DNA from: Auanema rhodensis
Lineage: Eukaryota > Animalia > Nematoda
Assembly (NCBI GenBank): GCA_964057225.1
Contig: OZ059897.1
Span: 11,718,001-11,782,000, forward strand
Direction: 5' to 3'
DNA length: 64,000 nucleotides
This document shows positions 39,701 through 51,442 of the stretch, piece after piece. Below the pieces are notes generated by a model. It saw nothing but the letters and a program-made list of their open reading frames with translations, was not told the origin of the DNA and made no database searches. Within the stretch, counting starts at the first letter, position 1. Each line of letters opens with the position of its first letter. The translations under genes and the position numbers were made by a program.

Positions 39701-40137
39701 TAAGAAAGATCAAAATGAAGGTGTTCGTCAATTGACAGCACTTGCTGAAGAAGCATCAGTTGAAGATATTATTCGACCAAATAATATATTTACATTACTT
39801 ATTGAACATCATGTTAAAAACGAAAATTGGAATGCTGTAAGTTTTGAAAAATTAAAAAATGCGTTTAACATGAACTTGATAGGCATATCGTTGTGTGAGT
39901 CAGCTCATGAAACAACAACCAAACTATGATCTTGTATCGGATATATCGGAAGAAACATTGAATAGAGTAAGATAAACGGAGCTCAATTAGCTGAAAGATT
40001 TATTTCAGATTTGTGATGAAATGGGAGTGGCAAGAGTAACTGATAAACATCAATCTCATGATTCTGATAATGATGGTGAAGAGGTGGATTTCTCTTATGC
40101 AATGCAAAGACAACAACGGAATTCAAAACCATTTTAA
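33789..40137 (+). CDS. che-11: Intraflagellar transport protein IFT140 (IFT-A)
   Basis: N-terminal WD40 repeats; [51 protein letters not shown]; [12 protein letters not shown]; KKYTQAGDK; [22 protein letters not shown]. Confidence 0.95.
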
Positions 40138-40199
40138 AGAGAAAGAATAAATCTTTTATTGAATTATTGTGATGTTTGTTACGGTAATAAGGCTGATAT

Positions 40200-40625
40200 G
40201 TTGAAAAAGACCATAAGGGAGGAAGAGATAGAGGAAGAGGGAGGTGAAACTGAAGAGAAAGTAGAATAAGAGAGTATTATAGAGAAAGAGTGTGGATAAA
40301 AAAATGAAAAAGAGAGTGAAAGAGAGATATGAGAAGAAAAGTAAAATGAACACTAAAAGTGAGAGATGTTGAAAGAAAATGAGATAGTGAATGAGAACAC
40401 TAAATCATTCAGTTAAATTTTATGGCTTCAATTTGATGGCAGATAGACGTAGCTTCTTTACTTTATAAGAATAAATGGTGATGAAATTTAGATGAGATGA
40501 AGAGTTAGAGAAAGGAATAAAAGATAAGAAATAAAGGAAATGAGGTATACACACAGAGATATTAAGAGCGAAAGATGACAAAGAAGAACAAAGAGATTTA
40601 GTGAGAAGAAGAAGACACTATGAAA
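40200..40625. repeat. Purine-rich (GA) low-complexity tract between che-11 and cwn-1
   Basis: Long G/A-dominated stretch with GAGA runs and no credible ORF. Confidence 0.5.
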
Positions 40626-41980
40626 GCGATTTGATACAGAAGAATCATTTCTAGCTTTCTTATTATTAATTTTAGAATAATAATATTAGAAAATAACTTT
40701 AAATTATAATTAAAATTATAATAATTCTTTAATAAAATATATTATTTTTGAATTAATTTTTTATAATTATATAAAAATTAATTATATTATATTATTAATA
40801 AAACTACTGTTAATTCTTATATCTTATATCATAATCACATTACTTCTCCTTCTTCTTAGTTTATGCTTTGTCGTTTTCTAAATATCTTATGAATCATGTT
40901 GAGCGTCAGCTGATGGAATACGGTAGTCAATCAATGTGAACTATTCTTATACCTTTCTTGTTATAATTCTACAAATATAACTAAAACATTTTAAATATTT
41001 TATTTAAAATATTATCTTAACTATATACATATAGTTAAATCATCAGAAATAAGGTTTTTGAATAATAAAAAGGGGAAAAAACAGCAATGAAAGGTGCGCT
41101 TGTTTCCAAAAAAATTTCACGCTCTTTCTCTCTCAGTCTCTTTCTTAATCCATGTATATCTCTCATATCTTTTCATTTGTCTTTCAATTTCATTCATTCA
41201 GACTCAGAGATGTTTCAAAGTAACATTTTCTGAACTGTCAATGTCATCATTCAATCCAAAGAATCATGTTAGTCATATGGTCAAAGTTGTCTTTTTGACT
41301 TCAATCCATCCTCGTATTTTCCATTGTCTTCATTCATGTTTCTGACATTTGGACTGTGTGCATGGCTGTCTCCTTAATCTTAGTTCTCCTTATAACGTCC
41401 CATCATTCTTTTCATCTGATTTCTTTCTTTCCATCCTTCGATCGGAGCCCTCAGTGTGGCTGTTCGTGATTTTGTGGCCCCGGTGCTAATCCTGATTTAC
41501 AACCTCAGTCGCATCCAACATCCTCCATTCTTCGCGAGCATTCCAATCAGCCAGCCTACTTTCAATTATTTCCGCTTGGTACCCAAACTATCCTTCAAAT
41601 AACTCAAAATTAGGAAAGATAATGAGAAAAGTAGTCGTTCATCTTTCGAGAATGGGTATATCCGTTTAACTATATTATAACTATTACCTATTGGCTAAAG
41701 ATCCCTGGGTTAACTATATATCCTCTTGTCCCATATTCTAAATTCAGTCTGCAATCTGTCATCCGGATAGTTTTGAGCTCTATATGGCTCATTTACAACA
41801 CCATGTTCGACCATAAATATTGAAACAGCAGAACTAATAAGCATTTACAGCATATTCGCCTCATTGTTTTTCTTCTTATATACTACTACTACTCCTTTAT
41901 CTTTGAATATTTCTTAATTTATATCTTATATTATATTTTTTCTTACAGTATTCAACTAGTATGTTGTTGTAAGTAAAAGA

Positions 41981-44028
41981 ATGCAAAATCTGCTGACTTA
42001 CTGCATTTTCGCTTTAATTTGTTATGTTTCAGCCTATTCATGGTTGTAAGTTTTCTTTTCTATTATTCTTTTTAAAAATAAAATTTTCTATTTTTTCAAA
42101 TCCCATTCACTGTTTCTAGAACTGTCGGTCTTGTTGGTAGTCAGGTTGATCTGAAAAAAATTAGCTCGTCATGCAAAAACCTGAAAGGTTTAAATCGAAA
42201 ACAGATCAAGTAAATTTTAAACTTTTCTTATTTTAATGAAAAAGATTTGATTTTTTAGATTTTGTCGTCAAAATCCTCATTTGATGAACAGCGTTCAAAT
42301 TGGTGCTAAAGATGCTTATAATGAATGTCAATATCAATTTTATAAAAGACGGTTTTAGAAATTTTATAATTTTATTTATTTTTATTTTTATTTTTAGATG
42401 GAATTGTTCACTTATTAATCCTGTATCAAGAGAACTGATAGATGGTGTTCTTCTTACTGCTGGTACACGTGAATCAGCCTTTGTTCATGCACTATCGTCT
42501 GCTGGTGTTGCATACAAGTACAGTAGCATTCAGATGATTTTGAAAACTGAAAAATTGATTTTAGAGTGACCAGAGACTGTGCTCGTGGATTGAACGGTGA
42601 CCAATGTGGATGTGACATTTCTAAGCGTCAAGTTGGATTTTGTTTTTGAAAAAAGGTTGAAAGATTAATTGATTTCTTACATAGGGCTTTGATATGATGG
42701 GATGCTCTGATCATATTCAATATGGAATAGCAATTTCAAGAGAATTTGTTGATGCAGCAGAGAAAACTCGCAATCGAAGTAGTGATCCTGAGACTATATT
42801 AGTGAATTTACATAACAATCGAGCAGGACGTCAGGTAAACTTCAATTTCAAATTCAAAAATTAATAAAAGCCTACAATTAAGTAGACAGTATGAGCTCTT
42901 TATGAGCAATCAAACTACAAACTAAATAGGAAATAATCTTTTTTCCATATTATTTTTCTTTGAAAAAGCTTCTTGTAATCTGTAGTTTTGCTGTTGGCGT
43001 GTACAATGTTATCGCCATCAACAGTAATTAATCGGTTTTTGGACATTGAAAGCATATAAAAATTTTTCTCAGACAAATGTCTTCAAACATGGTCAAATCT
43101 ATTTACAATTTAAGGTATTAGAGAAAAGTTTACGACGAGAATGTAAATGTCATGGAATGAGTGGTTCATGTGAAGTTAAGACATGCTGGGAAAGTATGCC
43201 ACCATTCAGGTTCGAAACAAGCTTCAAAGTTTTTAAGCATGTGTTTGTTTCAATTGTACTCAAACTTTGCTTTAAAGAAAACATTAGAAACGTTTAATGA
43301 ATTCATTTATAGGGAAATAGGATCAATGATAAAAGATAAATTTGATGGTGCTTCAGAAGTATTATATAATTAATTAATTATAATATAATATTATTTTATA
43401 TTTTAGGTTAGTGTGATTGATGAAGATGAAAAGCCAAAGATTATTATGAAACATACACATTTCAAACGTCACACAAACGCTGATCTTGTAAGATTTTTTT
43501 TGTTCAAATACAAAATTTTCCCTATAATTTTGTCTGAATTTCAATTCGTAACAAAAACAAATTGATGATAAGAGGCAGTCGTGTTATCAATATTTCCGGA
43601 AACTTTCATGAATGCAGCGTGAGATATACAGACATATGCTTTTTTGGCCAAATATTAGAGAAATTGTATTAACTTCCCATAAATATTTGAACTCTTATCT
43701 TTATATTTGAGTTCAAAACATTTTTTTTGCAGGTTTATCTGAAGCCTTCACCAGATTTTTGTGATGCTGATGAATCTCGAGGTATTCTAGGAACTAAAGG
43801 AAGAGAATGTAATATTTCATCTCAAGGTGTTGATGGATGTCAAATTGTAAGTTTCACCCATTTATATATAAAATAATATTTTTATTTTATTTTTAAGCTC
43901 TGTTGTAATAGAGGATTTGAACGTAAAGTTTCATATGTAAAGGATAAATGTAATTGCAAATTTCATTATTGTTGCCGAGTAGAATGTGACGAATGTGAAA
44001 GAGTTGAAGAAAAATATTATTGTTTATA
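41981..44028 (+). CDS. cwn-1: Wnt ligand (Wnt4-like CWN-1)
   Basis: Signal peptide; ECQYQF..WNCS; [15 protein letters not shown]; [35 protein letters not shown]; [16 protein letters not shown]. Confidence 0.92.
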
Positions 44029-44637
44029 AACATGAATGAATGATATTTCATTCAACTCTTTTCACTGTTTTGTGCAAAAATTTGTGTTTGGTCCTTTGAT
44101 TTTGTGTGTTTTTAACTAATTTACCGTATTCTTCTTAGCTATTTGAACTAAATATCATTTCAACATCCAAATAATGTTTTGATTTCTTCTATTTTCGATT
44201 CATCTTTTATCTTCTGGAGCTGTTTGTTTAAATAGATAGTTTCATTGAAAATCTTTAGATTTTTTAGATTTATAGTATAAATCATCAGGAAGAATTTTGG
44301 TTTTCTTTTCAATATTTTTCTTTTTCTCTCTCTTTTTTTCATTTTATATTTCTGTCTCATTTTACTGTTCTCTTCCTGTTTGGTCTCAGCTCATCTATTA
44401 ATACATGTTCTCTTATAACTTTTTTTTCTTTTAAATATCTTTATATATATACTTATATTCATAAAATAATAGTTTTGTATTCTTTTTTTTGTTTAATTTC
44501 TAATAAAAATTTAAAATTTTGTAATGAATGAATCTTTATTTTTTTTGGAAAATTTGTATCTAATATATTGCATCTAATATATATATGTATAAGTAATTAA
44601 AGTATAAAAATCCAATAATACAATTATGCTTTGATCA

Positions 44638-45943
44638 TTATGCTGAGAAGGTTGCTGATTTGCGCATATCTTGCCATGTAACTGTTCGTTTTGGCTTTGT
44701 TGGCAAGGTCTTTGAGCGATGCTTCACAGTTGGAGCTACCTGTAAATGAGATATCAATAGAATTCGTAACCAAAGTGCTTGATGAAAAATATTTTATGTT
44801 CTGAAAGCACATAATGTCATTCCAGAACTCATAATCAGTATTTAGAGCTACGTTTGACATTAGAGATATGAAAACGGAATTCATTCATAAAATTCTATCA
44901 TTCATGATTAGATCAGGTTGAGTTTTGAAGGAAAAAAACTTTTTTTTTCTTACCTCGCTGGATTTAATAATTCTGTTAACCATGTCAGAAAAACGTTTAT
45001 AAGCGTCATCATCTGCTTCAGTTTCTAATAATAAAATGAAAATCATGCTATCAAGTTCAGAAATATGATTATGTCCTTCTAATAGCTAAAAATAATTAAA
45101 ATATAATAAATATAATAAATGATTTCATTATATACCTTTATAACTACACGATCACGGAATGCAGTTAAAACACATTTCCTAATATCAAAATCATTTGAAT
45201 GACTCTATAATCATTAATAAATTTTAAAATTAAAAAGAATTAGATGTAAATATACTTTTAATGGATATAAAATGGCTTGAAGACATGGAATTATATCTTG
45301 ATAAAGCTGAGTCCACATTCTTAACAGAATCTTAAATAGAATTCATTAATATTTTTAATATTTAAATTATTTTAAGTACATTAACATCTTTTTCTAAAAG
45401 TTGTTTAGAAAATTCTTGTGTTGTACAAAGAAATTGTTTGCAAGCATTGTTTTCCATGGCAATTGTAATCGCACCATCCTGTAATAATAAAAATAATACG
45501 ATGATTCTCTAGATATTCATGAATATTCTCTTTTTTTATTAAAATCTTGTTTGTTTTGTTGTTGTTTTGTTATTTAAACCTACATGAGCTTGAAGAAAAT
45601 CAATCAATCGATATTTCTCTTCGTTAGATAACTGGCTCACATGTCTGGCCATATTTTGCCGATCTTCTGAGCAGCTAGAACATCCTTGGAGAGCAGATAA
45701 AAGCCATAGCTCACATCTATAGCCAGTACTGTAAGGTTGAACCTTATAGACCAAAACTCACGAAAAGTTCTGCGTAGATGAGATGGACGATGAGCGCGAC
45801 GAACTGTCTGACTGCACCGAACTACGCTTCAAGCTAAGGTTCAACTTTTTCAACGAAGTCGATCGTCCTTTTTTGGATGATGAACTGGCTGAAAAAATGG
45901 ACAAATGCTTGGCCCGTTTCCATAATTCAGCAGCGTTCGGCAT
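44638..45943 (-). CDS. HbrB-domain PRR5/Protor-like protein (candidate TORC2 accessory subunit)
   Basis: Spliced ILLRMWTQLYQDIIPCLQAILYPL..FDIRKCVLTAFRDRVVI matches the PRR5/Bit61 HbrB motif pattern; Ser-rich N-terminus; possible further upstream exon ~46339-46406. Confidence 0.65.
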
Positions 45944-48900
45944 TTATAACTCTTTCTTTCAGCAAAACTGTTTCACTTAGATTCAGCTGATGTCTAGATG
46001 TGCTTCAGAATACAAAATAAAATAATCCAGTAGCAAACCGAGTTCAAGGTAAAAACAAAAATAAAAGATATGGAAGATAAGCTTAGAAAAGTGAAAAAAC
46101 GAAAGCAAAACAGAACTTTTTGATTACTCGTTTGTTCTGGTCTATGTGAAGCGCACTAAATTCGTTATCAGCTGATGGGCTTAAGGCCTTGTCCCCCCAT
46201 TCACCTCTCACGTGCACTAAGCTAGACAAAAAAAATTATTGAAAGAGCAACATATAAATAGATATTCATAAGTATTCAAAATAGAAACACATTTTTGTTT
46301 CTTTCATACTATGGTCATATAAATGAGAAACAACTTACGCTGTACCAGGCCTGGATGTAGTCCTAGTGCAGATAAGAAAATGGATATAGATGACGGAATC
46401 TTGGCGTACTAGACAGAGGTTTTAGCCTAAAATATTTATGAATAAACGTCTAATAATGCGAATAAAATAAGATAAAATGGTTATTAAAGGGGAATGAATG
46501 TTCAAAGTCTAAAAATATAATTATTAAATGAGTATATGACAAAATATGATGACATTATCACTATAAAAAGAGATCAAAAAGACAGGAAGTGTTTTAAATT
46601 GTTGGTCAATGATGAAAAATAGAAAAAATAATTAAATACATAAGCGTGTATATGATAAAAAGAATAAAATAAGAGGATGATTTTTGAAAAAACAATAATC
46701 TTAATCCCTTCTAAGGTTCACAGTAACAGAGTGAAGGAGAGAAAGAGAGAGTGAGAAGTGGTTATCAAAAGAAACACATTTGATTAAAAAAAAGAATAGC
46801 AAAATGAATTCTTATCTAACTTAAGTAGAGCCAGCACTCGAAAGATTGAATAGGAATTGAAGCCAAATATACAAGACATCAAATGAAAAAACATGATAAA
46901 CAGAGCCATACTTCGAGTACATATCAGCATTTCTTGTAAAAGAATGAAAATTTATTAAATATAAATGAATCAGATAGATATCTATAATGAAAGGTATGTG
47001 TTAAACATAGTTCAGATGAAATAAAATAAACATTAAATATATTTTCGAATAGAAGTCATTAAAATTTACGACGTCGATTAAACTAGAATCATATTTTGTA
47101 TAAATACTCAAATTATCTATAAATAAAAATGCTCAATATATGGTCGTGGTTATTGAAAGAATTTAAGAACATGAAATACCAGGATATGGGTCTTAAATAA
47201 TATTTATATGTCACGTCTTATAAAAATAAGTGGAAAGGACGGTGATAATACTTTAAGAAGAAGGAGACAGTTTCGCAGAATGGAAGTTCAGATGCTCCAC
47301 CTCTCGGTGCTTGTGTGCCCTGTTCGATTCGATAAGATGCTTCGGCGCCATTTCATGCTACGTTGACAGGACGCAGATGTCCATATTTGGACATTTTATC
47401 ACACAGAAGCAGACAAAAGATTAGAAGTTTTGCACAGTTCATATGATTTGAACTCGGTATTCGCAAGAAAGATTCTTTGAAAAGGATGAAATGAGTTGCT
47501 TTCAAGCAATGTTTGCACAGTTCAGGGAAACATACATGTATCTATGTATAGGCTAATGTATAGCATTGATATGTACAGTATTGGGAAAGCTGTGAATGGT
47601 CATAAATATCTGAAAAATTAATAAGATGACATGGTTTTTCCAATATATTTTTATTTAAGAAATAGTTGAAAATGTTTTTTTTATTGAAAAACAAAACAAA
47701 ACTCTTCAGAACCCCCTCTGTGTTTTTCCTTTAAATCATTCACATCTTTGTTGTATTTGTTATGATATATGTAATATATTTCAATTTGATCTGTTTATCA
47801 TTTAGTTTTGAAAGCAAGTTGTTGAACAAAAATAATTTTATGAATATTTACGTGAAATTATGAGATAAATATACTAATTATTTCAAAAATATAATGGTGA
47901 TTTGGTTTCAGAATGAAAATTGTTCCAAATCTTAAATACGAGTGACCAAAGCTTATTGTAATAACAACATTCAGCAATGAAGCATAATAAATGTCTTGAT
48001 AAGAAAAAACGTAAACTAACTAAATACAGAGGGAGAGAGAGAGAGAGAGAGAGGTCTTATGATTAATATCGTTCAAACCTTCTATTGTTCAATTTCAATA
48101 TTCGAACGATACAAACGTTTCAAACGACACATAAATCATTTATCCAGTAAAATATATTTCATAAAGATAATTAAAATATCCAAAAATAACTGAAAAATAT
48201 TAAGAAATGATGTGACATAGTGTCAAAGAAACAAAGAGATAAAAGTTTCATTTCTGTAAAAAATCTTTTTAAAGTTAAAAATATTGTTAGTGAAGGAAGA
48301 GGGAAGGAGGGAAAATGAAAAAGAGAAAGGGGACGGACGAAGAATTTCTCCTTAAAAATGAAAAAAATCTTATCTCTAGGTCATATTTCTTATTCAAAAA
48401 CGAATAAGCTTATTGAAGGCAGCTATCAGATATGTTATCTTCAGATTGAATTCACATCTTCTTTGTTTCGAATGAAAAGCAATAGATGAAGATAGGTTTA
48501 ATATATACATAGAAACTATAAATGATTATAATTCCATTTATAGATTTTCATTTCTATTTTTAGAATATGATTTCAATTTGATTTGCTTATTTCAAATATA
48601 ATTATAAAAAATATAAAGAAATATAACAAAATATATCATTAGATTTTTATAATTAAGATGTAGAAAACAATAAAAATGTTACAACAATAATGAACAAAAT
48701 ATACAAATATTTGAACTAGATAACATCATATTATCAGAAAACAAAATAAAAAATAGATTAAAACAAACAAAAAAATAAATATTGATCAATTTTCTTAAAA
48801 TATTTTCTTTATAAATATTCTTTAAAATTTCAGATAAAGTTTAATAGATAATAGTAGTAGTTTTTGAATTTCTAAGGTTCCAATAGAGTACATGTACACA

Positions 48901-50358
48901 TGCACATCGTCTGGGTAATTAAGTGCATTTCCTATGACATATAATGTATTTTCAGATAGTTCATGATCACTTCTATGAACTTCTGTTATCTTTAAAAACT
49001 TTTTTTTTTTGATTTTGATGCTGAATAATTGAAAATAATCTGATTGAACCTTCTGCTGATAACAGTAAATTAACATGCGTTCATACTTAGCTTCCCAATC
49101 TACTCAAATTGATATGTTTGAACAAGTTTTGACTAAGCAATGTGATCATTTAGGCCCCTACAATTTCATATTATATTTCGAAATGTTCAAATATGTACTC
49201 CAGATAATAATAGAAATTAATGTAATTTTTAGAAACAGCTTAATAATAATCTTCAAAAATTATTTATTCATATTGAAATAACGTCTTTCCTTCAAATTTT
49301 TGTAATTAATCTCTTGGATTAAATTCATTTGAAATGAGAATTGAAATTGACGTCAATGTATTCAGTTACATTTTTCCATCTATCCCATTAATGTCTGATA
49401 ATTCAATCCGTGACATAGCAGTGTATGATGAGATATACTACCGAAAAGCATATTCTCTAATATTTTCTCAGGCTAATGTAAACACATCCCAGATATTTAT
49501 ATATATATATACATATATATTTATATATTTATATATTCATATATATATATATATATGTAATTACCGTAGTTAATATAAATACAATTTTCCCAAAAATCTT
49601 AATTATAATCTTGTTTTGTTAACCATCACCATTTTACCAATTAACATGAGATATGCCATGAGATAATAGACAGTTTTTTTTCCACGTTTCTGAAAATTGT
49701 GCTAGAAACTGCTTTGAAAGCAACTTAATTGCCAATCTATTTCAAGAAAAGCGCAATAACTTAAACGTTTATACATCATATAGCAACTCCTTCTCGAAGC
49801 TTTCTAATTGAAACAAATCAAACAGTACTTAATAAGCATTATAATTACATTTTTTTTAAAACCTGAAAATAAATAGTCACAATAAATTTTTTTTAATATT
49901 AATTTTATTTCAATATTGATATAAAATTATACATAACGTATAAATTTGTCTTTTCTCAAAGATTGATAATTATTCTGAGAGTCAAACTAAATGAATTTCT
50001 TGGGAATATCAGATTAAATATGTAATGACAAGAAAAGATAATCTGAATTTTCCTATAAACTAACTGAAATTATTTTGTAATTATGCATCCTAATACCAAT
50101 TTTTTACTGCTCAATGTTCTCCCTAATTGGAGCAATAGTGGTTCCCAGCATAATCTTGTGTTAGCTTATGTCTATGTCAGGTAGCTAACATGCAGAACCG
50201 TTCCCACGATATGTGGTTGCCATCTAGCCATACCTCATATTAGGATATATTACCTCACTTTCAATATTTCGACATTCAAGCTGAGATTGGAGTTATATTG
50301 TTTCCATTTTATTTTATTCTTGCTTGTTCAATTTATATATTAGCATCTAATAAACGAA

Positions 50359-51256
50359 ATGCCGTTTACGATAGATGAGCTACTAAATGAACAACAAGAG
50401 CAACAACAGCAAAAATTGGATTCAGATTCTTTATCCCAAACGTTTTGTTCAACTCTTCTAGAATCAAGAATAAGTGAAGAAGCTTCTCCTAACTATGTTA
50501 TTCCTAATCTTTCATTCTGTTTTCCCATTAATCAGAACGATGAAACTCAGTCCACATCACCATTAGCTACCGATGTGGATGAAGCTTCTTCCCCCGATCG
50601 TAAGTATTTCTTTTATTTATTTAAAACTTTAATTGTCTATTATATTAATATTTAATGATGATTTTTTTGAGCTGACTCTATGCTTCCAATTAATCTACCA
50701 GCTCCCAATCATTTAGCAATGTATGCTATTGCAAACGATATGCGAACTCCTACTCTTATGGAACTTCAAATGCTTTTAGGAATGGCTGGTACTTTTAATA
50801 TAATTTTTTTTCGTTTGAGCTGAAGTTCATTTTTTAAGCAAGAAAGCATGATTACAAAAGAGCTAGACGAGCTGTTGGGGAACGCAAACCCAGACAAGCA
50901 TATTCTACAAAGCAGCTAGAACGCCTTGAAACGGAATTTCAAGTTTGTGGCTTTTAGTACTACCTTCAAAGATTGATACATATTCCTTCAGAATGATAAA
51001 TATCTCTCGGTGAACAAACGAGTATATCTCTCAAAATCACTAGGACTTACTGAAACGCAAATTAAGACATGGTTTCAGAATAGAAGGTTAGTTAAGCTAC
51101 CGTATACCAATTCTCACCAGTCTGTTCAGAACAAAATGGAAAAAGCAATTGACTTGTTCAATTCGCCAGTTCTATAGAGATGGAGCAGCTTCTCTTGCTA
51201 ATATGCCAGTACTCAATACTCTGCCAAATGAAGGCCAAACTACATCAAAACACTAA
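50359..51256 (+). CDS. ceh-19: NK-like homeobox protein with eh1 motif
   Basis: MPFTIDELL (eh1); [50 protein letters not shown]. Confidence 0.85.
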
Positions 51257-51442
51257 GCGATCTTTATTATAAATATTTTTTTTACAAAATCAACAGCTAA
51301 AATAATCCTAATAAAAAATGAGCATTTGCAAAATGAAATAAAAATTCAACAATTCTATTATTTCTAACTATTTAAAATCAACAACGTGAGATCGTAGACG
51401 ATTCTCATAAATCTAGCGATATGGATATGTTATCTAAGTTGA

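Noticed and set aside
40156-40353. Hydrophobic minus-strand ORF
   Set aside because: Product of the GA-rich low-complexity tract
44793-44835. Intronic hairpin as a miRNA or snoRNA
   Set aside because: Stem too short and imperfect; no clear box motifs
45449-45463. X-box-like GTTTTCCATGGCAAT
   Set aside because: Imperfect spacing and located inside a coding exon
49495-49556. AT dinucleotide-rich tract (also (GA)n at ~48034-48052)
   Set aside because: Ordinary microsatellites
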